DNA from: an uncultured Verrucomicrobiae bacterium | Lineage (GTDB): Bacteria; Verrucomicrobiota; Verrucomicrobiia; Chthoniobacterales; JAFAMB01 | Length of the DNA: 64,000 nucleotides | Reading direction: 5' to 3' | Assembly: GCA_963762565.1 (NCBI GenBank) | Contig: CAVXLD010000012.1 | Coordinates: 448,001 to 512,000, forward strand | Shown: positions 1 to 9,741 of the stretch, piece after piece | Layout of the letters: every line of letters begins with the position of its first letter | How positions within the stretch are numbered: the first letter of the stretch is position 1 | Translations under genes and position numbers: made by a program | The notes under the pieces: model-generated | What the model was told of the DNA's origin: nothing | Seen by the model: only the letters and a program-made list of their open reading frames with translations | Databases searched by the model: none

Positions 1-278
1 CGATTATCGGCGGTAGTCCCGTGTTTGAAGCGATGGTCCTAGGTTTACAGAACACGGCCGCAGTCAACTACGCAGGGAACCCTGCTTTGGCGATGCCGGT
101 TCCGATAAATGATAGGGAGGTCCCGGTAACCAGTCTGCAATTGATCGGGCCGCGCTTAAGTGAAGCTCGGCTTTTGAGCGCCGGTCACCTGGTCGAGGAG
201 GCCGTCCGTCCGGCCGTCAGAAAATCGCTGGCCAGGGAATCCGGATTGTTGAGGCACCTTTGGAGGCGCAACTTGTAG
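1..278 (+). CDS. Amidase signature family protein, C-terminal fragment (5' end outside window)
   Basis: Open from the window edge. QNTAAVNYAGNPALAMPVP...VTSLQLIGPRLSEARLL closely matches the C-terminus of the downstream amidase. Confidence 0.85.
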   Translation, partial: IIGGSPVFEAMVLGLQNTAAVNYAGNPALAMPVPINDREVPVTSLQLIGPRLSEARLLSAGHLVEEAVRPAVRKSLARESGLLRHLWRRNL

Positions 279-505
279 GCGAAACGGCGCACCGGCGAAA
301 GGGCGAAAGGGCGACAAGGCGCGACAACCGAGGGCCTATCATCGCTTCCAAGAAACTCGGCTTGCTCTCATGACTTGATTCGTCACATCGATTGATCGCG
401 CCCTTTCGCCCATTCGCCCTTTCGCCGGTGCGCCGGTGCGCCCATTCGCCGTCGCGCAAGAATATATGGCTCTCCGCTGGTGCTTCGTGCTAAGAGCTTT
501 GCCCG

Positions 506-1798
506 ATGAAACTACACCAGCGTTTGGAAGCTCCTGTGCTTGTGCTCGGCCTGTCGTTGGCCCTCTGGCTAAGCGGTTGCACCATTCCTGAGCGGCGATC
601 CGCTTCCGGTAGTCATCATCATGACTTCATCGATTATTGGCCGGTCCCAAAGAACGACCAAGAGATTGTCTTGGCCGTTAAAGACAACATCGACGTCAAA
701 GGCGTGGTTACCAGCGCCGGATCTGAATACGTTTCCAAGACGGCGTCACCTGCGACCGAGGACGCGGCTTGTTTAGCCATAGCCCGGGCGCGGGGTGTGC
801 GGATCATTGGGAAAACCAATCTCAGCGAATTCGCAGTGGCGCCTTCCGGTGTGAACGAGTATTTCGGCACTCCGAGGAATCCTTTCAGTAAGTTGCACAA
901 GATTATTCCGGGAGGTTCCTCCAGTGGTTCGGCTGCGTCAGTCGATAGTGGGCTTGCTGACATTGCGTTCGGGACCGATACCGCAGGTTCTGTTCGTGTA
1001 CCGGCCGCTTGCCAGGGGATTGTAGGATTGAAAACCACCTTCGGTTTAGTCCCCTTGCGCGGCGTATTCCCAGTCGAACCTAAACATCTGGACACGGTCG
1101 GTCCTATGGGAAAAGACATCGCCCACGTCGTGATGGGGATGGATCTTTTGGAGAAAGGCTTTGCTGACAAGTACAACACGGCTGTCGGGAAAAAGCCGTC
1201 AGGCAAACAAATCAGAATTGGCAGGCTCTATCTAAGCGGGACCGATCCGAAAATCGATAAAGCGATCGATGACGCTCTCGTCCGAGCGCAATTTCAAGTT
1301 GTACGGCTGGGTCCAGCTTTTAAGGTGAAATGGGACCAAGCTAAGAATGATGGGAACACCATGGCCGCCGCCGGCGCGTGGATTAGCGAACAACAATATG
1401 TCTTACAATGGGGAGTCCGGACTAGAACCAGGGCCATCATCCTTCTCGGCAGACTGCTTTATCCTGGCCCTTATCGACAGGCTTTGGCACGGCGAGCGGC
1501 CTGGGAGCATGTTCTGCGCGAAGAATTCAAGAAAGTGGACTTCATTGCTTTACCGACCCTACAGGTAATCCCGCCACCCATCCCCTGGCTTGGCGGGAGC
1601 GCTTTCCTGGAGGCTCAGGTTTTGAACATACAAAACACGGTAGCGGTAAACTACGCGGGTAATCCGGCACTGGCGGTACCGATTCCGGTCGGCCACGAAC
1701 ATTTTCCAGTCACAAGCCTGCAATTGGTCGGGCCCCGATTAAGCGAAGCGCAACTCTTGAACGCAGGCCGGATTGTTGAGGCTAGTTCGGAAAGATAG
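506..1798 (+). CDS. Amidase (amidase signature family), probable lipoprotein
   Basis: AVKDNID (catalytic Lys), GKTNLSEFA, GGSSSGS and GTDTAGSVR motifs; hydrophobic N-terminus ending in lipobox-like LSGC. Confidence 0.9.
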   Translation: MKLHQRLEAPVLVLGLSLALWLSGCTIPERRSASGSHHHDFIDYWPVPKNDQEIVLAVKDNIDVKGVVTSAGSEYVSKTASPATEDAACLAIARARGVRIIGKTNLSEFAVAPSGVNEYFGTPRNPFSKLHKIIPGGSSSGSAASVDSGLADIAFGTDTAGSVRVPAACQGIVGLKTTFGLVPLRGVFPVEPKHLDTVGPMGKDIAHVVMGMDLLEKGFADKYNTAVGKKPSGKQIRIGRLYLSGTDPKIDKAIDDALVRAQFQVVRLGPAFKVKWDQAKNDGNTMAAAGAWISEQQYVLQWGVRTRTRAIILLGRLLYPGPYRQALARRAAWEHVLREEFKKVDFIALPTLQVIPPPIPWLGGSAFLEAQVLNIQNTVAVNYAGNPALAVPIPVGHEHFPVTSLQLVGPRLSEAQLLNAGRIVEASSER

Positions 1799-1943
1799 AG
1801 ACCGATCGGCGGCAACCTCCCAGGCGGAGGGGGGGTGAGATTTCAAGTTGCCGATCGTTTTTCAGCTGTTAAGATACGCTGTTATCCCAGCTGGCAGCGG
1901 TCCCTTCTTGGGCTTTGTAAGCGTCACTGGATTTTTGCGAACT

Positions 1944-2708
1944 ATGAAGGCTGTGTTACTCCGCTCGATCCCTGTAATATCAGGGCTGCTCTTGACTGTA
2001 GGCTCTTTGCGAGCCGAAACGGTGGATGCTCTGATCACCGAAGGAGACTTTTATTACGCGAAGTTAGAAGCTGATCAGTCGCTCAAATACTATTTGCCGG
2101 CGGAAAAGCTCGAACCCAACAACGTGCGCTTACTAGTGCACATATCCCGCGAATATCGTCATTTAATGATCGATGCCACGAGCCAGTCGGAGAAGGTTCG
2201 TCTCGGAAGTACCGCGGTCGACTACGCCAAACGGGCAACTGCTATTGCCCCCAAAGATCCGGATGCACAACTAGCCATAGCTATTAGCTATGGAGAACTC
2301 CAGCCGTTTCAAGGCTACCATCAAAGATTTGATGCTGTCCATGTCATCAAGGATGCTGCCGACAGGGTGATTGAATTGGATCCACATAATGACCTGGGCT
2401 GGCACGTTTTAGGTCGCTGGTATCAAGGCCTGGCTGAGGTCGATCCCGTTCATCGGGTGCTGGCGCAGGCGCTCGGTGGCCTACCCCCTGCTACTTATCA
2501 AGAGGCGGCCACTTGTTTCGAAAAGGCGATAGAGCTCAATCCGAACCGCCTGATGCATTACGTCGCTCTAGGCACCGTCTATATAGAGATGGGCAAAAAA
2601 GAGGAAGGCTGCCGCCTGATCCAAAAAGGCCTTGCCATGCAGAACACCGAAAAGGACGACCCGGACGTCAAGCGCCAGGGCGAAGAGGTGTTGGCAAAGA
2701 ACCGGTAG
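1944..2708 (+). CDS. Secreted tetratricopeptide-repeat protein
   Basis: Signal-peptide-like MKAVLLRSIPVISGLLL; TPR-like helices (FEKAIELNPNRLMHYVALGTVY). ATG at 1944 preferred over the TTG at 1848. Confidence 0.8.
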   Translation: MKAVLLRSIPVISGLLLTVGSLRAETVDALITEGDFYYAKLEADQSLKYYLPAEKLEPNNVRLLVHISREYRHLMIDATSQSEKVRLGSTAVDYAKRATAIAPKDPDAQLAIAISYGELQPFQGYHQRFDAVHVIKDAADRVIELDPHNDLGWHVLGRWYQGLAEVDPVHRVLAQALGGLPPATYQEAATCFEKAIELNPNRLMHYVALGTVYIEMGKKEEGCRLIQKGLAMQNTEKDDPDVKRQGEEVLAKNR

Positions 2709-3116
2709 GGCGAGGCTCCCGAAAAGCCGATCTTTGGTGGGGCGAGGCTCCCGAACAACTGGTCGAGTTCGCAGCGTTTCCCGGCGTTTGAAACCGACGG
2801 TGATGTTGTACCCTAAAAGCGCGCCGAGCCGTGGTATATGTCGTGCCCACCTGTTTGGAGCTGCAATGTCCTGGGAGCTTGGTAGGGCGAGGCTCCCGAA
2901 CAACCGATCGAGTTAACAGCGTTATCGACGTTTAATACCCGCGATGACCGGGTGCTAAAAACGTGCCGAGCCGTGGTATATGTGTTGCCACCCGCCTGGC
3001 GCTGCAACGTCCTGAGAGCGGCTCGGCAGTTTATAAGTCTAACGATGCGATTCGGCGCGGGAAGAAGCTCAAACCTTCGCGACCAAGTTTAGGTTATACA
3101 GGAGCTTCGCCCTACC
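2704..3116. mobile_element. MITE-like double-stem element family A, full copy at 2881-3116 preceded by partial tandem copies
   Basis: Outer IR GGTAGGGCGAGGCTCC / GGAGCTTCGCCCTACC; inner IR TGCCGAGCCG (2964) / CGGCTCGGCA (3019); diverged partial duplicate at 2736-2880. Confidence 0.7.
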
Positions 3117-4188
3117 GATCTTCCATCCACGGTTGTGGTTCGGCCGTAATTTCTCGCCCGCTTTCCGCGGATTGCTCGATCAACTGCCCGAGATAACAAT
3201 CGTGACAGGCCTCTGCGAGGCTGTAAGCAGGTTCTCCGGTCGTCACGTAGCTACCCATCCGGGCAAGAGAAGTTGCGACGGCGATTTCGTCGTCGTTCCA
3301 GCGCATCGCTGGGAAAGGGTTTTCGTACAAGATTTCTCCGCCGCCTGCGATACTCCGATGCGAATAACCTTCCAAGTTGCCCGCTTGCCCGGTATCGCGC
3401 CGCACTAGTTCAAACTGAAATGGTCGATCAAAACTTCGCAGCAGCCGAACCGTAGTTTGATTGATCTCGCCCTCCTCACCTCGTACCAACAGCCGCGGAG
3501 AACGGATCCAAGAATGATATTGGTCTCCCGTGAAATCGAAAATCCCGAAGCGATCGCCGTAATCGAGTTGAGCAATAGTTCTGACCGATTCCACGGTCTT
3601 TCTCTCGGTTGGTAGCCGGTTCCGATGCGGGCCGGCTACGACTCGTGAGGCAAAACGACGAGCGTTGATCTTTGGCAGTCGAAGGCCGGTTTGGAGAAAA
3701 TGGCGAAGCAAGCTGACACCGTGGTAACCGTGCGCAATTGAGACGTCCGCTTCGTAGATGGTTCCCAAACGACCGCTCTCAATCAGCGCAAGGCGAGCCG
3801 CGTGCAGTGGCTGAAAGATATATTGTTCAGCCACTTGGATCCGTGCCCCTGCCCGTTCCAGTTGAACCACCCGGTGAAGTTCCTTTAGATCCCGGCTGAT
3901 CGGGGTCTCGGACAGAATCGGTACACCGCGCTCTGACAAGGCTTCCATCCATTCCAGGTTAGCGCTGGCCGAGACTGATGTGACCACAAAGTCTGGACGT
4001 TTCTCGGCCAGCAATTCATCCAGGGTCGAAAACGTTGGAGCCGACCAACGCCGGCTGAGCTCTGCTCGTTTGTCCGGATTACGAGCGACGACTCCTGCCA
4101 AAGGAAATTGTTCCGGCAAATCCCGAGCGATCCGCAAGAAGAACTCGGCTCGCCAACCGCTACCTATGACTCCGAAAGAAGAGGGCAT
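3112..4188 (-). CDS. Gfo/Idh/MocA family oxidoreductase
   Basis: N-terminal GVIGSGWRA Rossmann motif; SETP variant of the EKP motif; VAEQY. Confidence 0.85.
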   Translation of the reverse strand: MPSSFGVIGSGWRAEFFLRIARDLPEQFPLAGVVARNPDKRAELSRRWSAPTFSTLDELLAEKRPDFVVTSVSASANLEWMEALSERGVPILSETPISRDLKELHRVVQLERAGARIQVAEQYIFQPLHAARLALIESGRLGTIYEADVSIAHGYHGVSLLRHFLQTGLRLPKINARRFASRVVAGPHRNRLPTERKTVESVRTIAQLDYGDRFGIFDFTGDQYHSWIRSPRLLVRGEEGEINQTTVRLLRSFDRPFQFELVRRDTGQAGNLEGYSHRSIAGGGEILYENPFPAMRWNDDEIAVATSLARMGSYVTTGEPAYSLAEACHDCYLGQLIEQSAESGREITAEPQPWMEDR

Positions 4189-4288
4189 GTGGAAGGAAAC
4201 AGGGGGAATTCGCGGAGTTCAAGCAGCGTGTGGCGAAAGGCGCGAAACGGCGAATGGGCGAATGGGCGAAACGGCGATGAAATGTCCC

Positions 4289-4577
4289 GAGCCCAACGTT
4301 GGTGGGGCGAGGCTCCCGAACGGCCTAAAACGGTTCGCAGGGGTTAGTTGTATGGCGCTCTTATATTGAGTGTTGGGCCGAGACGCTGCCGAGCCGTGGC
4401 CCAGCGCGACGCATCTGAAAACGGGCTGCGGGTTGGTTAGCTAATCCGGGGCGTCCGCGAGTCAGGGGCCTCGGCTCGGCAGCGAATCAGCCCTGCGCAC
4501 TTTCTCGTCGACATCCACAGGCAACTCTGGAAGCACCACCGCCCGTTCCGGAGCCTCGCCCCACCATTCTTGGGCTC
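4289..4577. mobile_element. MITE-like double-stem element family A, copy 2
   Basis: GGTGGGGCGAGGCTCC (4301) / GGAGCCTCGCCCCACC (ends 4565); inner stem 4385-4396 / 4472-4483; embedded in inverted GGCGAATG / CATTCGCC tracts. Confidence 0.7.
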
Positions 4578-4634
4578 CGGTCGCCCATTCGCCCATTCGC
4601 CCTTTCGCCCGTCTTCGCCCTTTCGCCCTCGCGG

Positions 4635-5708
4635 CTATTCATCCTCTAGCTTCCTCCCGTCCCTCCCACCGCCGGAACCTGAATACGGCTGACCCGGTTG
4701 CCAATCCGACGGACCGGGCGGAACAAACGAGGCGAGGGGAATTCGGACCTGGCATCGGTGCTGGGACGACATGAATGCTGCTTCGCAGATCTCGAGCGCG
4801 GTTAACGAACTCTCGGGTAATCGATAATCTGGTTTCCCAGATTGGATTTGCGTCGCCAAGTTTTCGAGGTGCCGCCGATGACCGAAAACCGATAACTCTT
4901 CCGGAACAATTATCTGACCGGCCGGATGCTCAGTATTCAAGATAAAGTACCCTCTTTCCCAGGCCCAGAACTCGATCATCCCGCGCGTGCCGGCCAAACG
5001 AAACACCGTTTTCTTTCCGGGAGTATTCACGCGGATGAAATCGCCCGTCTGTAAGATCATGCGGACCCCATTGACATTCTCAACGTAGGTAACGGCCACA
5101 GTTTCGACCTGCATCCCATCGCGATAGGTCCGCGTGGATGTATCGCAAGCGGCCAGAACGGAATTGATCGAGGCTTCACCAGTCGCCGCCAGGCAAAAGT
5201 CGAGCCAATGAATTCCTGCATTTAAGAGGTCCCATTTATCGCACTGGACCTCGATCTGGCGCAGTTCGCCAATTTCACCGCGGATAACGCGAGCGATGAC
5301 TTCCAACGATGTCGCTCGGGCCCGCAACCCGTGCGGGACGACCATCGGCAGATTGCGCGACTTGATCGCGTCGACGATTCTTCGGCCGGCGGCAGCTGTA
5401 TCGGCGAGCGGTTTCTCAACCAAAATCCCTCGCAGCGACGGCAATTCTAAGGCCTCGAGAACGATCGATTCATGCGATGGAGCGTAAGTGCTCACACAGA
5501 CGACATCAGTTGGGCACTGAGCGAACATCTCTCGATGAGAACCAAAAGACTGTACGCCCGGAAAATCTTGCTCCAACGACCGTCGAACCTCCGGCCTGAG
5601 ATCCGCCGCCGCGGCCAGACGAAAGAGCGGAGAAGCTGCGAGCGCTTCCAAACTTAAGCGGCCTCCCACGCCGCAGCCGACTACAGAAGCAGTTAATGAA
5701 AGGTTCAT
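4635..5708 (-). CDS. Gfo/Idh/MocA family oxidoreductase
   Basis: VVGCGVGG; DVVCVST; LVEKPLA; GIHWLD. Confidence 0.88.
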   Translation of the reverse strand: MNLSLTASVVGCGVGGRLSLEALAASPLFRLAAAADLRPEVRRSLEQDFPGVQSFGSHREMFAQCPTDVVCVSTYAPSHESIVLEALELPSLRGILVEKPLADTAAAGRRIVDAIKSRNLPMVVPHGLRARATSLEVIARVIRGEIGELRQIEVQCDKWDLLNAGIHWLDFCLAATGEASINSVLAACDTSTRTYRDGMQVETVAVTYVENVNGVRMILQTGDFIRVNTPGKKTVFRLAGTRGMIEFWAWERGYFILNTEHPAGQIIVPEELSVFGHRRHLENLATQIQSGKPDYRLPESSLTALEICEAAFMSSQHRCQVRIPLASFVPPGPSDWQPGQPYSGSGGGRDGRKLEDE

Positions 5709-5812
5709 TGTTACGAGTTACGGGTTGCGGGTTACGAGTTGGCGACTTGCCGCCGCTGCTAAAGACTGTGTAACTCCCACCACAGAACCCGTAACCCGCA
5801 ACTCGTAACCCC

Positions 5813-7765
5813 TCAGAACCTCTGCTGCAGATCATTCCTTCGATAGACTTCGATGAGTTCTTCGAGTTGCTTGATCACTTGCACCAAATAGCGACCGCGC
5901 TGACTGTCCGCGACCCGTTTCGGCTTTGGCCATTCTCTGACCACGGTGATGCTCGGGATAATATCCGCTCCTTTACTAATAGCGGCTTCCACCGATTCAA
6001 AATGATGGTGCTTGGCTAAGAATGTCCGATGAGCCTCTAAGACCAGCGTGAATCCGTGATCGCCATAGGCTTCGGAGAACGCTCCATCGATGGTGATAGC
6101 CTTCCCGCTCTTTTTTAGAGGCGATTCGCCTTTTTCCACCTCGACCGGGACATGTCCGTTTACGATCAAGCCTTGTTCAATCGGTACCCCGAACTCAGAA
6201 AGAACTTTGTCGCAGAACCACACTTCATGGATCAGGCGGAAATACGGGTTCTTGGTTTCGACATGGGTCTTAGAATCTTTGATCAAGTCTCGCTCCAAAG
6301 TCGTGATTCGATCCTTCCCAAAAAGGGGTGACGCCGGGCCGCTCCATAGATACCAGAGCAGGTCTGGTTCTTCCTTCAGCGGTCCATCGAGCAGCCGGTA
6401 GACATAAGATTCGATGGCATCGAACAGCGCCCGTCCTGCATAGGACTTCCCATTGATCATCATCGGCAAGAAATCACCGTTTTGGTCAACCGGAACGCAG
6501 CCGTGAAAAATAAGATGTTCCTGACGCCGGACATACATCTCCCCGTGCGTGACCATCCACCGTATCTGGTCCCATAACTTTTGGCTGGTCATAAACGAGC
6601 GCCGGATTCGTTCCAGGCAAAGTGTTTCTTCGGTGGTCAGCCTGTAAGGATCAGTTGGATCGATCGTCGGAAAATGGGTGTCTAGGAGCGGGTAAGAAAC
6701 GCCGTCTACTTCAATTGTCCCGGCTTCATAATTTATCCGATGTAAAAGACGCCGATGCTCGAGCCCCCACTCCGGGTGGCGCGCGATCATTTGGCCTTCC
6801 AATTTGAAAAGCATAATTGACGCTGCTTTTTGCATGCGAGCCATCATGCTCTTCTCGCGCAGGCCGGTTCCTCTGGTTTCGAAATGTTCCGCCAGATCAT
6901 CCGCGTAAACAGTGCGGGCAAGAACCTCGAGAGGTTGCATGGGAATTCCGTATCCTTCTTCTAACTGACTGAGTCGGCGATATCGGAGCGAAATTCGTAA
7001 CACCTGACAGATGAGGGCTCGATGCCCGAGGCAAGCGCCCAGCCATTCCATATCGTGATTGCCCCAAACAAACGACACGTTTGGCTGTTGCATGAGATAG
7101 TCCATCACCCGATCCCCTCTCGGACCGCGATCCCAGGCATCGCCTCCTATGATCAATTCGTCGATGGCCAGGTTGCGGATGACGCGTCCGGTTAAGTGGA
7201 TGACATGGAGAACGCGTCCCCGGCGAGTTAATTCGTCGACGATGGCATCGGCATAAGACCGGTCGCGTTCCGACGACGGTTCATGAAGTATCTCTGCCAA
7301 TAGCTCCCGATATTCTTTCGGAAAAACCCGCATCGAATGTTTCAGACTGCGGCGGGATGCCAATACCCTGACGATATGAAAAAGAAGGTGCAACGTGCGC
7401 GTCGCGTAGTCTTTCCGATCCTGTTCCGAGGTTAGAGTTTGCTCGAGACGGCCGATAACTTCTGCTGGATAGAAAACCAGAGTAAGAATTTCCTGAAATT
7501 GTTCGGGTGGTATCCGGTCTTTTAGCAAGCGCTCGACCAAAGGCCGCAAGGTTCCCGACGCGTTATTAATGACGTGGCGGAGTTTTTTGTCTTCGCCGTG
7601 AATATCGCTGATCACATGGATCGTTCCTCGCGGCAGAGTGAGTTCCGCGGTAAAACGTGCAATCTCGGCGATCGCCCGATCGATGTTCGGTATCTCGCGA
7701 GCTAGCGATGCCAACTTAGCCAGTTCCACCTCTCGAAGCTCGGCCTGGTCTTTTTGCGGTTCCAT
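5813..7765 (-). CDS. fbp: Fructose-1,6-bisphosphatase class III (Firmicute type)
   Basis: 650 aa; metallophosphoesterase motifs SDIHGE, GDAWDRGP, WGNHD, FHGCVP, NGHVPV and IDGAFSEAY. Confidence 0.9.
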   Translation of the reverse strand: MEPQKDQAELREVELAKLASLAREIPNIDRAIAEIARFTAELTLPRGTIHVISDIHGEDKKLRHVINNASGTLRPLVERLLKDRIPPEQFQEILTLVFYPAEVIGRLEQTLTSEQDRKDYATRTLHLLFHIVRVLASRRSLKHSMRVFPKEYRELLAEILHEPSSERDRSYADAIVDELTRRGRVLHVIHLTGRVIRNLAIDELIIGGDAWDRGPRGDRVMDYLMQQPNVSFVWGNHDMEWLGACLGHRALICQVLRISLRYRRLSQLEEGYGIPMQPLEVLARTVYADDLAEHFETRGTGLREKSMMARMQKAASIMLFKLEGQMIARHPEWGLEHRRLLHRINYEAGTIEVDGVSYPLLDTHFPTIDPTDPYRLTTEETLCLERIRRSFMTSQKLWDQIRWMVTHGEMYVRRQEHLIFHGCVPVDQNGDFLPMMINGKSYAGRALFDAIESYVYRLLDGPLKEEPDLLWYLWSGPASPLFGKDRITTLERDLIKDSKTHVETKNPYFRLIHEVWFCDKVLSEFGVPIEQGLIVNGHVPVEVEKGESPLKKSGKAITIDGAFSEAYGDHGFTLVLEAHRTFLAKHHHFESVEAAISKGADIIPSITVVREWPKPKRVADSQRGRYLVQVIKQLEELIEVYRRNDLQQRF

Positions 7766-7818
7766 AACGGGGGTGCTCTCATTTTACACGCGTTTGCCCA
7801 GAGTGTGTGCGAAAAACC

Positions 7819-8028
7819 GTGGAGCGCGCCTTGCTTGCAAGGCCGAAGGGATCGCCACCCGTGGAGCGCGCCTTGCTTGCAAGGCCGAAGGGATCGCCAC
7901 CCGTGGAGCGCGCCTTGCTTGCAAGGCCGAAGGGGTCGCCACCCGTGGAGCGCGCCTTGCTTGCAAGGCCGAAGGGGTCGCCACCCGTGGAGCGCGCCTT
8001 GCTTGCAAGGCCGAAGGGGTCGCCACCC
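7819..8028 (+). repeat. Tandem array of five 42-bp units (26-bp hairpin core GTGGAGCGCGCCTTGCTTGCAAGGCC plus a near-constant 16-bp linker)
   Basis: Units start at 7819, 7861, 7903, 7945 and 7987; no unique spacers. Confidence 0.95.
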
Positions 8029-8071
8029 GACATGCCTTGACCTTTCCCCGCCATCATGGAAACAACGAAAC

Positions 8072-8968
8072 GTGTCCCAAATCACCAAGCGCCCGGAAGC
8101 AGAGGTTGCTGTCGACATCGAAACCGTCCGCGCCTTACTCAGAACTCAGCATCCTGATCTTTCTGAGTTACCCCTCGCTGAGGTCGCCGTCGGGTGGGAT
8201 AACTTTATATTTCGGTTAGGTGAAGCGATGGCGGTTCGCCTCCCGCGCCGGGCTGCCAGCGCTACCCTTTTAGAGCACGAACAACACTGGCTGCCTATCA
8301 TTGCACGCCACCTGCCGATATCCGTGCCCGCGCCTTTACGCATAGGAACACCCGGGGAACAATATCCCTGGCAATGGAGCATCGTACCTTGGCTTTCGGG
8401 ACAACCCGCTGACCTTGCACCTCTTGATGCAGATCAGGCAAAACCGTTAGCACATTTCCTCCGCGCTCTGCACATCGCCGCGCCGCCGGACGCCCCAAAA
8501 AATCCGTCCAGAGGGGTACCGCTTCAACAGAGAGCAGCTGCGGTAGAGGAACGCATGCATCGTCTCGCCCAAAAGACCTCGTTGGCGAATTCAACTATAA
8601 CCAAGGTGTGGGAATCGGCTTTGCAAGCACCACCGGCTGATCTGGTCACCTGGTTCCACGGTGACCTCCATCCGCAAAACGTCTTAGTCGAACACGGCAA
8701 ACTGGTGGCCGTAATTGACTGGGCCGATATCGCGGCAGGAGATCCCGCAACAGATCTTGGCTCCATCTGGATGTTGCTCCCGACTGTGGCGGCTCGCGAA
8801 ACTGCCATTTCCGAATACGGCAACGTTTCGTCTGCCACCTGGTCACGAGCGCTGGGCTGGGCAATCAACCTCGGCACGCTGCTCTTAGAGACAGGTCTAG
8901 TGGATAATCCACGTCATGCCAAGATCGGTGAACTTACGCTCCAGCGGATTGTCGAAGGGCCACATTAG
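8072..8968 (+). CDS. Aminoglycoside phosphotransferase (APH/choline kinase) family protein
   Basis: GWDN, HGDLHPQNVL and VIDWAD motifs. GTG start at 8072; the longer ORF is read-through of the repeat array. Confidence 0.88.
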   Translation: MSQITKRPEAEVAVDIETVRALLRTQHPDLSELPLAEVAVGWDNFIFRLGEAMAVRLPRRAASATLLEHEQHWLPIIARHLPISVPAPLRIGTPGEQYPWQWSIVPWLSGQPADLAPLDADQAKPLAHFLRALHIAAPPDAPKNPSRGVPLQQRAAAVEERMHRLAQKTSLANSTITKVWESALQAPPADLVTWFHGDLHPQNVLVEHGKLVAVIDWADIAAGDPATDLGSIWMLLPTVAARETAISEYGNVSSATWSRALGWAINLGTLLLETGLVDNPRHAKIGELTLQRIVEGPH

Positions 8969-9378
8969 AGCTCCGTAAATGGATTGAAGACTTTCAGCCC
9001 CCGATTTTGAAAATCTTGATCCTCCGACGCAATAACCAGCCCATGCTGGATTGCCGTTGCGGCGATGTAGCTATCAATGATTGGCATGACCTGGCCAGCT
9101 TTTTCCTGTTTCACATGGAGATCTGCCCACACATGGGCTGTAGTCGTCGTGAAATTGAGGACGCGTTCACCAAAGTTTGAAAGTAACCGGGTTAACCACT
9201 CTTGGAGTCGCTTCCTTTCAGCCCCGCTCTTCGTCCTGACCCAATGCGCAAGTTGGGAGATCACAATCGAAGAAGTGTAACAGTTGGTACTCTCCTGCTT
9301 AAGCCAGGTGAGCACACGTACGTTCGGCTGTCGTCTTGCTGTCTCGCTGATTACGTTTGTATCCAAAAGCCAGTTCAC
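8965..9378 (-). CDS. vapC: VapC PIN-domain toxin
   Basis: WLLDTNVISE...DSYIAATA...SEDQDF PIN motifs; translationally coupled to the upstream antitoxin. Confidence 0.9.
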   Translation of the reverse strand: MNWLLDTNVISETARRQPNVRVLTWLKQESTNCYTSSIVISQLAHWVRTKSGAERKRLQEWLTRLLSNFGERVLNFTTTTAHVWADLHVKQEKAGQVMPIIDSYIAATAIQHGLVIASEDQDFQNRGLKVFNPFTEL

Positions 9379-9611
9379 GGCACTTTCTTCTGGTAGACTT
9401 CCGATGAGCGAGGGGGCGGGAAATCGTCATCCGCCACGCCGGGGGCCGCTGCTAGAATATATTCCCAGTCGATTCCTTTCACACTCCTGCGCAAGATCAC
9501 AGCGCTCTCCTTCTCATCAAAACTCCAGATGAGTTCATCTCCAGGTCGGATTGAATCAATTTCCGCGGGAATGCGGATCCTTCGTTTTTCATCAACCAAC
9601 AGAGTCGCCAT
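9375..9611 (-). CDS. AbrB/MazE-type antitoxin (VapB-like)
   Basis: VDEKRRIRIPAE...IRPGDEL swapped-hairpin motif; overlaps the vapC start. Confidence 0.8.
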   Translation of the reverse strand: MATLLVDEKRRIRIPAEIDSIRPGDELIWSFDEKESAVILRRSVKGIDWEYILAAAPGVADDDFPPPRSSEVYQKKVP

Positions 9612-9646
9612 GTGGGAATCATTTCCCACATTCGGCGACACGTCAA
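9610..9646 (-). promoter_or_regulatory. VapBC operator palindrome and promoter
   Basis: Perfect IR ATGTGGGAA-TCAT-TTCCCACAT (9610-9631); TTGACG -35 at 9646-9641. Confidence 0.65.
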
Positions 9647-9741
9647 TCTAATGCTCCTTGGAATCCGTCTTTGCGTGAGATTTTTTCTTTTTGTGGTTGC
9701 GGCGCAGCCCGTTGGTTGTTCGTGGTAAAATTAAAGTGCGC

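Noticed and set aside
7819..8028. CRISPR-like periodic palindromic array
   Set aside because: The linkers are near-identical rather than unique spacers, there are no cas genes, and the core also occurs as dispersed solo copies.
7754..8071. Repeat-containing N-terminal extension of the APH protein
   Set aside because: The 42-bp period keeps the frame open by chance, the ORF start overlaps fbp, and the domain begins after the GTG at 8072.
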